From Thermodesulfobacteriota bacterium (GTDB taxonomy: Bacteria; Desulfobacterota_D; UBA1144; Nemesobacterales; Nemesobacteraceae), in assembly GCA_047518015.1 (NCBI GenBank), contig JAKZRS010000048.1, positions 1 to 59,670 of the forward strand: a DNA stretch of 59,670 nucleotides, in the 5' to 3' direction. Positions within the stretch are counted from its first letter, which is position 1; the number at the start of each line of letters is the position of its first letter. The position numbers and the translations under genes are program-made. Positions 41,949-50,592 of this stretch are shown here, in pieces. The notes below the pieces were generated by a model, which did not search any database, had not been told where the DNA came from, and saw only the letters and a list, made by a program, of their open reading frames with translations.

Positions 41949-42599
41949 ATGAATATCCGGGATTTAAAAGCGAAGGCACGCAAGGTGCTTCGATTTCTAA
42001 AAAAAACCTATCCCGACGCAAAATGTCATCTCGTTTTTAAAAACGCTTCGGAGCTTCTGATTGGGTCTATTCTCTCCGCTCAGTGCACGGATAAGCGAGT
42101 AAATATGGTAGCCCCAGGACTTTTCCGCAAATACCCGGACCTAAGAGCTTTTTCGCAGGCATCAGAAGAAGAACTCCAAAACGACATAAGATCAACGGGC
42201 TTTTACAGGAATAAGGCGAAAGCGATAATAAACTGTTCAAGGCAAATAATGCAAATGCACGCGGGAGAGGTTCCCTGCGAAATGGAAGAGCTGGTCAGAC
42301 TTCCAGGAGTTGGAAGGAAGACTGCAAACGTTATAATCGGGAATCATTTCAGAAAACCCGGAATCATAGTTGACACGCATATAATGAGGTTAAGCCGTCG
42401 CATTGGCCTTACACGAAATTCCGACCCCGTCAAAATTGAATTCGATCTCAGGGAGTCTGTTCCAGAAAAAGACTGGACGTTTTTTTCGAATTCCCTCGGA
42501 GATCATGGAAGAGGTGTTTGCAAGGCGAGAAGACCGCTCTGCTCAAAGTGTGGGATATCACACATATGCTTGTACTTTGAACAACTTTACGCGTCATGA
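41949..42599 (+). CDS. nth: Endonuclease III
   Basis: LSAQCTD, TGFYRNKAK, LPGVGRKTAN, VDTH, C-x6-C-x2-C-x5-C; ATG 41949 preferred. Confidence 0.96.
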   Translation: MNIRDLKAKARKVLRFLKKTYPDAKCHLVFKNASELLIGSILSAQCTDKRVNMVAPGLFRKYPDLRAFSQASEEELQNDIRSTGFYRNKAKAIINCSRQIMQMHAGEVPCEMEELVRLPGVGRKTANVIIGNHFRKPGIIVDTHIMRLSRRIGLTRNSDPVKIEFDLRESVPEKDWTFFSNSLGDHGRGVCKARRPLCSKCGISHICLYFEQLYAS

Positions 42600-42707
42600 C
42601 GACCTGTGGAATCAAAAGGATTTTTTGGAAAACACTTTTGATGGAGAGACCAGCGGGTATTTTTACCCAGTTCTTGTTTCTAAGGTGCATAAATGGAGAA
42701 ACGGCGG

Positions 42708-42944
42708 ATGAAATCCATTGATGATTATTCAGGTTTTTTCCCCTTCGGATGGCTAAGAGGTTTTCGGGGTGACAACTGGCAGATTTTCTGGAACAAGGGA
42801 ACGGGAGATCTTTTTCTGAAAGCTACTTTGGAGAACACTTTCATAAAAGTTGGAGAGGCGCCAGACTGGGTGGAGGCAAAGAAAAAAGCGGATTTTCTGA
42901 TGGAAAATCCCGATTCAGTCGCGATGGAACTTGGCGATCATTGA
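42708..42944 (+). CDS. Small hypothetical protein (alternative start 42693)
   Basis: Open frame in an otherwise empty gap, GGAG upstream of ATG 42708, protein-like composition with several Trp. Confidence 0.6.
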   Translation: MKSIDDYSGFFPFGWLRGFRGDNWQIFWNKGTGDLFLKATLENTFIKVGEAPDWVEAKKKADFLMENPDSVAMELGDH

Positions 42945-43027
42945 ATTTGCCTCTCGCAAGTCTTGGATTCGGTACGTCTTTTAACTTTGCAATTCTTCTC
43001 AGGTGTCGGAATTCGTCACAGATGCTA

Positions 43028-43056
43028 TTGACTTGCCCGGTTGATCTTTATAATAT
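43028..43056 (+). promoter_or_regulatory. Putative sigma70 promoter of the hydrolase pair
   Basis: TTGACT-N17-TAATAT (TATAAT overlapping). Confidence 0.6.
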
Positions 43057-43087
43057 CAGTGTTTTTTAAAAACAACCCCGTTTAATA

Positions 43088-43990
43088 ATGAAATACGTAG
43101 AGCAGGAACTGATTTCCGTACCGGTGGGAAAGGGGAGGGTTAACGCCCTTTACTACAGAGCGCTTAACAACGACTCTGACAAGAGAAAAACTGTAGTTAT
43201 TCATGTTCACGGGTTTCTGGGAAATTTTCTTGACGGAAGCCAGAGGTTTTTGCCCCCGCTTCTCGCCAAGGCCGGCTATTCGTCTATCTCGATAAATACC
43301 AGAATGGCCAATTTCGGGCTTTTCTTCGGTTTTGGAATAGTGGACGAGACCATTCCGCAGATAGACGGGGTAGTGAGGTACTTGGGTGAGATCGGGTATG
43401 AGAGAATCATCGTTTCGGGCTACAGCCTGGGGGGAGGAGTGGTTCTCAGATATCTTTCGGTGAAAAGCCGCCAGCCGGATTCCGATGAATTGGGCCTGCT
43501 AAAGGGCGTAATTGCCCTTGCTACTCCCTATTCGATTCCCGACTCGATAAGGAGAAGATGGAACAAGTGGGAAAGTCAGCCTTCTTACGATGAGGTGTAT
43601 GAGGAGGCGAAAACTATACTTGGCGATAACCCCCATGATTCAAAACAGGACAGGACGATTCTTATTTTCAAGGCCAGGGGGAACTCTTACCAGCCTGAGC
43701 ACACAGAAATATATACATATAAAACATGGTGGTTTCTCGCCGGTCCGGAGGCAACAGCCGTAAAGAGCTATAAGCAGATAGAGAACATAAAACTGCCGAT
43801 TCTTCTTATACAAGGCTGGAATGATACATTTGTAAAACCCGGTGAAACCCACAACCTTGCACAGATAGCCATAAATAACGGAAATGAAGACGTTTCCGCC
43901 TATTATCTTAACACGGGTCACAACCTCGATGGAAAGGAAGATGAAATGGGCGACATTATAGTAAGGTGGCTTGACAGAAGATTCGTCTGA
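43088..43990 (+). CDS. Alpha/beta-fold serine hydrolase, paralog 1
   Basis: HVHG oxyanion motif, GYSLG nucleophile elbow, LLIQGWND, GH. Confidence 0.88.
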   Translation: MKYVEQELISVPVGKGRVNALYYRALNNDSDKRKTVVIHVHGFLGNFLDGSQRFLPPLLAKAGYSSISINTRMANFGLFFGFGIVDETIPQIDGVVRYLGEIGYERIIVSGYSLGGGVVLRYLSVKSRQPDSDELGLLKGVIALATPYSIPDSIRRRWNKWESQPSYDEVYEEAKTILGDNPHDSKQDRTILIFKARGNSYQPEHTEIYTYKTWWFLAGPEATAVKSYKQIENIKLPILLIQGWNDTFVKPGETHNLAQIAINNGNEDVSAYYLNTGHNLDGKEDEMGDIIVRWLDRRFV

Positions 43991-43997
43991 TTCTACG

Positions 43998-44900
43998 ATG
44001 GTAACCGAACAGAAGAGTCTTCTTACTTATAAGACTGAAGATGGGTTCGAGGTGAATTCTCTTCTTGTCACCCCTGCGTTTGCCTCGGAAGAAGATCTTT
44101 ACGAGTCCCCCATAATCATAAATCTCTATGGAGTATTGGGACATTTTCTCACAAGGGGAACCCCGGTCAGACTCCCTCCGCTTCTTAAAGAAAAAAATAT
44201 AAGCACGCTTTCTGTGAATACCCGCATGGCGTTTATGGGTCAGATAATGGGGGAGGGAACCTTTCCCGACACAATTCATGAAATGAAGGAATCGGTGAAT
44301 ATTCTTCAAAAAGAAGGGTTTCGCAACATTTATATGCTAGGCTACAGCCTGGGGGCTAACATGACCGCCTACTACGCCAGCCAGACCGGTTCTTTTGGGA
44401 TAAAAGGGCTTATACTGGAAGGCTGTTCCTATTCTCTTCCCTATTCACAGCAAAGAAGGCTTGAGAGAAACAGGAGTATTCCTTCTTATGAGGCTATCTA
44501 TCTAAAAGCCAGAGAGGTCTTGGGTCCGAATCCCGAGAAGAAGAAAAACGATCAGGTATTTATTGTCTACAGAGCCTGGGGCGATTCCTTCAACCCGGTT
44601 GATGCCGAGATGTTTACTTACAGGACTTGGTGGTTCATGAGAGGACCTCATGCCTACTACGCAAAAACCTGCGAGATTATAAAGGATGTGGAAATCCCCG
44701 TTCTATTTATCCATGGAGTAGACGACGACATCGTTGATGTCTGGGAGCCCAGGGAGCTTAAGAATATAATGAATCAGGCGGGTAACGAAGATGTGACGCT
44801 GCACTATATACAGGGAGCGAAACATGACTGTGTAGAAAATCCCAAAGACTCGATAGATGCAATAACCGGATGGATATCAAAGGTTAACGCAAAGACATAA
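43998..44900 (+). CDS. Alpha/beta-fold serine hydrolase, paralog 2
   Basis: NLYG, GYSLG, LFIHGVDDDIV, GAKH; ATG 43998 preferred. Confidence 0.88.
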   Translation: MVTEQKSLLTYKTEDGFEVNSLLVTPAFASEEDLYESPIIINLYGVLGHFLTRGTPVRLPPLLKEKNISTLSVNTRMAFMGQIMGEGTFPDTIHEMKESVNILQKEGFRNIYMLGYSLGANMTAYYASQTGSFGIKGLILEGCSYSLPYSQQRRLERNRSIPSYEAIYLKAREVLGPNPEKKKNDQVFIVYRAWGDSFNPVDAEMFTYRTWWFMRGPHAYYAKTCEIIKDVEIPVLFIHGVDDDIVDVWEPRELKNIMNQAGNEDVTLHYIQGAKHDCVENPKDSIDAITGWISKVNAKT

Positions 44901-44954
44901 AACCAGTTTCTTTAATGGGTCTTGCGGATTCTATGAACCGAATCGAATTTATTC

Positions 44955-44982
44955 TTGCAAAAAGGGAAACTTTGTATATCTT
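44955..44982 (+). promoter_or_regulatory. Putative sigma70 promoter of pckA
   Basis: TTGCAA-N16-TATCTT. Confidence 0.45.
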
Positions 44983-45070
44983 AGAAGTCCTTTAATAAAA
45001 TAATCGATTTTCCCCAACATTTTTATTCTTCGTAAGCCTGTAGGCGATAGGGAATTTGGAGGCAAAAAAC

Positions 45071-46630
45071 ATGTCCGAAAATTTTTCAATCGAAAAGGAG
45101 CTTTCAGAAAAACACCAGCTTGAAGATCCTTCCGGGGTTTATTACGACCTCTCTGTTCCCAGGCTTTATGAAGAGGCGATTAAAAGAAACGAAGGACGCA
45201 TTGGTGAGCGGGGAACTTTTGTAGGCTTCACTTCTCCCCATACTGGAAGATCTCCTAAGGACAGGTTTGTGGTAAAAGACTCTTCTACGGAAAAGTATAT
45301 AGACTGGGGAGCGGTAAACCAGCCTGTGTCACCTGAGGTATTTGATCACTTTTATGAAAAAGTGATGGATTATTTCAAAGGGAAAGACGTTTTTGTAAGA
45401 GACCTTCAGGTCTGCGCCCATCCCAACTACAGAACAAACGTAAGGGTGATAAACGAATTTGCGTGGCACAATCTTTTCGTAAACAACCTTTTCATAAGGC
45501 CGGACGCTTCCGAACTTCCCCACAGTGAAGTGGGTTTTACCGTTATCTCGGCCCCGGGTTTCAAGGCGGATGATCCCGAGAGCTACGGGCTTAACAGCGA
45601 AACGTTCATATTTCTTAACCTGAGCCGAAGAATTGCTCTTATCGGGGGAACGCGCTATGCGGGAGAAATGAAAAAATCCGTTTTTGCCGCAATGAATTTC
45701 CTTTTGCCGGAAAAAAACGTTTTTCCAATGCACTGCTCAGCAAATATTGGGAAAGATGGAAACGTAGCTCTTTTCTTCGGACTGTCGGGAACGGGCAAGA
45801 CTACGCTCTCCGCCGATCCTGAAAGAGCGCTTATTGGGGACGACGAGCACGGATGGTTTGATGAAGGAGTTTTTAATTTCGAGGGCGGGTGTTACGCAAA
45901 AACAATAAAGCTTAGTCCAAAGACAGAGCCCGAGATTTATCGGGCGGCGCTTAATTTTGGCTCGGTTCTGGAAAACGTTGATCTTGACCTAGAGACGGGA
46001 AAGATAGATTTTGACAGTGACAGGTATACTGAGAACACTCGCGGGGCTTACCAGATTGATATGCTTGAGAACATCGTTCCCGAAGGAGTAGGCAGCATTC
46101 CGAAAAGTATTTTCATGCTGACTTATGACGCTTTCGGAGTTCTGCCCCCGATATCTAAGCTTGATCCTGACCAAGCAATGCGTTATTTCCTTCTGGGATA
46201 CACGGCGAAGGTTGCTGGTACGGAAAGAGGGATAAGCAAGCCCCAGGCGACTTTCAGTTCATGTTTCGGATCTCCCTTTCTTCCGAGACCCCCGAAGTTC
46301 TACGGCAGAATGCTGAAGGAAAGGATGGAGAAGCACGAGGTAACCGTCTGGCTTCTGAATACCGGGATTTCTGGCGGACCTTTCGGAGTTGGTAAAAGAA
46401 TGCCTCTCCCATCCACAAGGGCTCTTGTTAGTGCTGCGGTAGACGGTTCACTTGACGGTAGCGAGTTTGTCAAAATCCCTATACTTGATTTGTTTGTGCC
46501 GGTTGAGTGTCCAGGGGTTGATTCGACTCTTCTTCAGCCCAGACTTTCATGGGATGATCAGAAAGAATATGACCGCAAAGCCAACACACTATCGGATCTT
46601 TTCGAAAAAGAATACGAAAAATATCTTTAG
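45071..46630 (+). CDS. pckA: Phosphoenolpyruvate carboxykinase (ATP)
   Basis: TGRSPKD, YAGEMKKS, MHCSAN, GLSGTGKTTLS, IGDDEHGW, EGGCYAK; GGAGG before ATG 45071. Confidence 0.97.
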   Translation: MSENFSIEKELSEKHQLEDPSGVYYDLSVPRLYEEAIKRNEGRIGERGTFVGFTSPHTGRSPKDRFVVKDSSTEKYIDWGAVNQPVSPEVFDHFYEKVMDYFKGKDVFVRDLQVCAHPNYRTNVRVINEFAWHNLFVNNLFIRPDASELPHSEVGFTVISAPGFKADDPESYGLNSETFIFLNLSRRIALIGGTRYAGEMKKSVFAAMNFLLPEKNVFPMHCSANIGKDGNVALFFGLSGTGKTTLSADPERALIGDDEHGWFDEGVFNFEGGCYAKTIKLSPKTEPEIYRAALNFGSVLENVDLDLETGKIDFDSDRYTENTRGAYQIDMLENIVPEGVGSIPKSIFMLTYDAFGVLPPISKLDPDQAMRYFLLGYTAKVAGTERGISKPQATFSSCFGSPFLPRPPKFYGRMLKERMEKHEVTVWLLNTGISGGPFGVGKRMPLPSTRALVSAAVDGSLDGSEFVKIPILDLFVPVECPGVDSTLLQPRLSWDDQKEYDRKANTLSDLFEKEYEKYL

Positions 46631-46981
46631 GGTTAGCAGTCGATTTCAGCTCAACGGATTAGGCTAGTGGCCGAGCGTGGATATCGACGTAGCGCTGCCA
46701 TTTATTAATGGTATTCCTTCCCTTTGATCAAAGGTTTACGGACATGCGTAGCCCATGATCACTGAAAGTGCTGTTCTCAGGCCGCAGATTTTTCCGTAAC
46801 ACTTCCTTGCGTTTACCACCCATAGCAAATTTCTCTGTCGTGCTCACGTCATTTCCCCGCAAGAAAAGCTTAGTCAGGATGGGGGGAATGAGGGGGGGAA
46901 ACTTGATTGTAAAAGTCAAAACAAAATATAAAATCGTGTAGCATGTAGGTTCGGATTTTCTTCGTTAGGGTAGGCCTCAAG

Positions 46982-48148
46982 ATGGAGTTCATAAGAGAAT
47001 ACAAAGATTTTTCTCTGATCACCCTGGGGAATTTTTTCTTCCAATGTGGTTTCACCTCGTTTTTCCTGCTGCCGCTTTTCATAAAAGACCTAGGAGGTGA
47101 CACGGCCTCCATTTGGTTACGTGATGGGGACTTTCGGTATAGCGTCAGTCAGTACCGCCCTGGTTTCCGGTTTTTTTATAGATCGTTACGGGCAGAGGAT
47201 CTTCATGCTCTTGGGTTCAGCCCTAATGTTCTTGTTCTCCATTCTTTACCTGTTTGTATCGGATATTAACGCAATGATGTACGCTTTGAGGCTTCTGCAG
47301 GGTGTTGCATTCGGCCTTTTCTTTACTTCCGCGGCTACAGCGGTTTCGTACACCATTCCTAGGAATATAAGGCATTCTTGTCTTACCACCTTCGGTATTA
47401 CGATGATAGCCTGTTTCTCCATCGGGCCTTTCTTTGGAGAAATTCTCATTGAAAAATTCGGTTACCATACGTTTTTTCTCTACGCTTCCAGCTGTTTGCG
47501 TTTATATCTTGCTTCTTCTCTGCGGAGACGCCCCGTGGCGTGCTCAGGGGGCAGGTTTTCCAAGGATTCCTCAATGTTCTGTTTTCCGACAGGTTCAGCA
47601 TACTTTTTCTGATGAACCTGATGATTGCCGTGGGACTCGGGTCTTTAGTCCATTTCTTCCACATTCATCTCAAAGAACAGGGCCTTTCTATGGGAATTTT
47701 CTTTATTATCTATGCCTTGGTGGCAATATTAATCAGGGTTTTTGGAGGAAAGTTCTCGAATCTTATAGAGAGAAGAAAGATCGCTCTGCCAGCACTCTTT
47801 ATGATAGTTGTCTCGATGCCCATAGCTTTTTTCGTGGACAGCTATACACATTTGGTTTTGTTCTCTTTGGTATTTAGTATAGGCTACGGATTTGCCTATC
47901 CCACAATAAATACAATGGTTATTGACAGAGCGCATGCCGGCGAGAGGGGAACCGCGGTGGGCATATTTAATATGGCCTACGGAACAGGAATAAACTCTTC
48001 CGCTATTATTCTAGGACTGATCGTGCGTGATTACGGCTTCTTCAGCATGTACTTGTCAACCGCGATGTTCTTGGTCGCTGGGTGTGTTATCTTTACTTAC
48101 AAGTACTACATAACCGCAATAATGGGTGAGGAAGCCGCTGTAGAATAG
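46982..48148 (+). pseudogene. MFS transporter pseudogene, paralog of 48644-49810
   Basis: Three ORF pieces colinear with the intact paralog; +1 T at about 47114 and a 7-nt deletion at about 47490. Confidence 0.88.
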
Positions 48149-48248
48149 AACAAAGAAAGATATACATCTTTTCTTTTTACTTTTCTCCCGAGAAGAGAAC
48201 TTACGTGGCAACGGCTAGAAAACCTAATCCTGCGCTCCAACACTGTTT

Positions 48249-48358
48249 GGGAAAATTCTAAACGGGGAAGCAGAAAATCATATAGAAACTGCTTGAACCA
48301 AAAGCTTTAATCGACTGTTTCTACTATGATTTTTCAAATTGCTGTTGGGAATTTTCTC
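48249..48358. repeat. About 110-nt imperfect inverted repeat abutting the tRNA-Glu 3' end
   Basis: GGGAAAATTCTAAAC/GTTGGGAATTTTCTC, AGCA/TGCT, GAAAATCATA-TAGAAAC/GTTTCTA-c-TATGATTTTT nested arms. Confidence 0.7.
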
Positions 48359-48436
48359 TGGCGTCCCCGAGGGGATTTGAACCCCTGTTACCGGCGTGAA
48401 AGGCCGATGTCCTAGGCCTGACTAGACGACGGGGAC
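48359..48436 (-). tRNA. trnE: tRNA-Glu (TTC) with encoded CCA
   Basis: Minus strand GTCCCCG...TCGGC-CTTTCAC-GCCGG...AGGGG-TTCAAAT-CCCCT-CGGGGAC-G-CCA. Confidence 0.96.
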
Positions 48437-48446
48437 GACGGAAAAA

Positions 48447-48520
48447 TGAGCCGTACAGGATTCGAACCTGTGACCCACTGCTTAAAAGGCAGTTGCTCTA
48501 CCAAGCTGAGCTAACGGCCC
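48447..48520 (-). tRNA. trnK: tRNA-Lys (TTT); 3' CCA not encoded
   Basis: Minus strand GGGCCGT..GCTC..GAGC, ACTGC-CTTTTAA-GCAGT, ACAGG-TTCGAAT-CCTGT, ACGGCTC-A. Confidence 0.96.
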
Positions 48521-48532
48521 CGAAGATGCCGT

Positions 48533-48560
48533 ATTATATCACGGGCCCCTTTCATGTCAA
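48533..48560 (-). promoter_or_regulatory. Consensus sigma70 promoter of the trnK-trnE operon
   Basis: Minus strand TTGACA-N16-TATAAT, 12 nt before the tRNA-Lys 5' end. Confidence 0.85.
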
Positions 48561-48643
48561 AAAATCACAGTTGTCCTGATAGAAGGTATAAAATCATGTA
48601 AACTTCCCTTCTTTCACTTTCTTTCTTCAGTTCACCATTTAAG

Positions 48644-49810
48644 ATGCTTTTCCTACAAAAGTACAGAGATTTCTCCTTAGTTACTTTGGGGAACTTTTTC
48701 TTTTTCTGTAATTTTTCCTCTTTCTTCCTGCTCCCGCTTTTCATAAGAGATATTGGGGGTGACGAGGCCCGTATAGGTTACGTTATGGGAACCTTCGGCA
48801 TAACTTCCATAGGAGCCATTCCCTTTGTAGCCTTTCTGATAGATCACTACGGGCGAAGGAGATTTATGCTTGCGGGTTCTTTTTTGATGTTTCTGACCTC
48901 CCTTCTGTACATTCTCATATCGGATATTGACGTAAAAATATTCATTCTGAGACTCATGCAGGGAGTCGCTTTCGCTTTTTTTTTCACCTCTGCGGCTACT
49001 GCGGTCTCCGATTATGTTCCCAGTGAAATAAGGGCTTACGGACTTGGCCTTTTCGGTGCCTTCACAATAGCTTCTTACTCGATTGGGCCTTCTCTGGGAG
49101 AATTGGTAATCGAAAGATTCAGTTACTCAATCTTCTTCCTCTATACTTCCTTGTTCAGCCTGCTTGCCTTTGTTTTTTGTTTCTTCTCACGGGAAGGGAG
49201 CTTTACGGTATCCAAAAAATCCGTTTTCAGTGGATTTTTTGACGTTGTCTTCTCCGCTAGGTTCAGGGTGCTTCTGCTGACCAATCTTATAATTGCCGTG
49301 GGGCTTGGAAGCATGCTCAATTTTTTCTCTGTTTTTCTTAAGGAAAAGGAAATTAGCGCGAGGAGTTTTTTCCTCACCTATTCAATAACCGTGATATTAA
49401 TCAGGGTCCTGGGTGGGAGGCTTCCAGATATTATTGAGAGAAGAAAAATAGCCCTGCCTTCAATGTTCATCATGGTCCTGTCCCTGCTGGCGGTTTTTTC
49501 AATAAATTCCACTCTGAGTGCCGTTTTGGTTTCCTTTATCTTCAGTCTGGGTTACGGAATTCTTTACCCCACCATAAGTGCGATGATTATCGATAGGGCG
49601 CTTGATGATGAGAGGGGAGCGGCCATGGGAGCGTTTAACATGTCATTTAGCATCGGGATAAACTTTTTCGCCTTTGGCCTCGGAATCATAGCGCGCGATT
49701 ACGGGTTTTCTAACATGTATTTAGCAGTGGGCATATTCATGTTTGCTGGTTGCATTATCTTTACCTATAAATATTTCATAAGTGCGGGGAGGGCAAAGCG
49801 ACTTTTATGA
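48644..49810 (+). CDS. Major facilitator superfamily transporter
   Basis: About 12 TM helices, motif A-like LIDHYGRRR and GRLPDIIERRK, LRLMQG, ERGAAMG. Confidence 0.92.
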   Translation: MLFLQKYRDFSLVTLGNFFFFCNFSSFFLLPLFIRDIGGDEARIGYVMGTFGITSIGAIPFVAFLIDHYGRRRFMLAGSFLMFLTSLLYILISDIDVKIFILRLMQGVAFAFFFTSAATAVSDYVPSEIRAYGLGLFGAFTIASYSIGPSLGELVIERFSYSIFFLYTSLFSLLAFVFCFFSREGSFTVSKKSVFSGFFDVVFSARFRVLLLTNLIIAVGLGSMLNFFSVFLKEKEISARSFFLTYSITVILIRVLGGRLPDIIERRKIALPSMFIMVLSLLAVFSINSTLSAVLVSFIFSLGYGILYPTISAMIIDRALDDERGAAMGAFNMSFSIGINFFAFGLGIIARDYGFSNMYLAVGIFMFAGCIIFTYKYFISAGRAKRLL

Positions 49811-50592
49811 AAATAAAATCCGGTGACACGGTTCTTCTCGTTTCTCCCGACAACAAAAGTTTCATGATAGTTGTGGAAGAGGGCAGGTCTTTCAGTTCTC
49901 ATATGGGAATACTCGATCTTTCGTCAGCGCTTGGAAAAACATATGGGGAGACCTTAGCTTCGAGTCTCGGAAATGATTTCGTGCTTCTTAGTCCGACTGT
50001 TGAACAGAAGGTGATGAAGGTGAGGAGGTCTACGCAAATCGTTTACCCCAAGGACGCGGCGCTGATTCTTTTTAAGACGGACGTGAGGGCGGGAACCAGA
50101 GTGGTTGAAGCCGCGACTGGCTCAGGAGCTCTTACCATCGCGCTTGCGAATTCAGTGGCTCCTTCGGGAAAAGTCTATACGTATGAGAAAAGAGAACAAT
50201 TCATGAATAACGCCAGAGACAACGTGCGGCGGGCAGGACTTTCAGAGTACGTGGAATTTAACTGTGGTGATGTCAGAGAGGGCTTTAAGGAAAGGGACGT
50301 TGACGTTGCGATACTTGATCTTCCTTCTCCATGGTACGGAATCCCTGCGTCCTACGAAGCTCTTGTTCCAGGTGGGAGGATCGCAAGTATTTCCCCGACT
50401 TACAACCAGGTGGAAAGAACAGCGGAAGTGCTTGAAGAAACGGGTTTTGTAAGAATTGAAACCGTGGAACTCATAATGAGAAACTACCAGGTAAAAAAGG
50501 GAAAGACCCGCCCCGATAACAGAACCGTGGCGCACACCGGATTTCTTACCTTCGCTTTTAAAGGAATAGGCGATGTCGCCGCCCGCGAGTGA
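49807..50592 (+). CDS. trmI: tRNA (adenine-N1, A58)-methyltransferase, TrmI/Gcd14 family
   Basis: RSTQIVYPKD, VVEAATGSGALT, YE.RE, LDLPSPW, HTGFL. Confidence 0.9.
   Translation: MKIKSGDTVLLVSPDNKSFMIVVEEGRSFSSHMGILDLSSALGKTYGETLASSLGNDFVLLSPTVEQKVMKVRRSTQIVYPKDAALILFKTDVRAGTRVVEAATGSGALTIALANSVAPSGKVYTYEKREQFMNNARDNVRRAGLSEYVEFNCGDVREGFKERDVDVAILDLPSPWYGIPASYEALVPGGRIASISPTYNQVERTAEVLEETGFVRIETVELIMRNYQVKKGKTRPDNRTVAHTGFLTFAFKGIGDVAARE

Noticed and set aside
42596-42721. 41-codon ORF starting in an ATGA overlap with the nth stop
   Set aside because: Short, no motif, overlaps the better 42708 ORF; ATGA overlaps arise often by chance.
46660-46700. GTGGCCGAGCGTGG resembling a tRNA D arm
   Set aside because: No acceptor stem, anticodon arm or T loop can be built.
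41908-46790. Shared 13-mer TGCGGCCTGAGAA at about 41908 (+) and about 46780 (-)
   Set aside because: 13-mer matches are expected by chance in 60 kb on two strands and the match does not extend.
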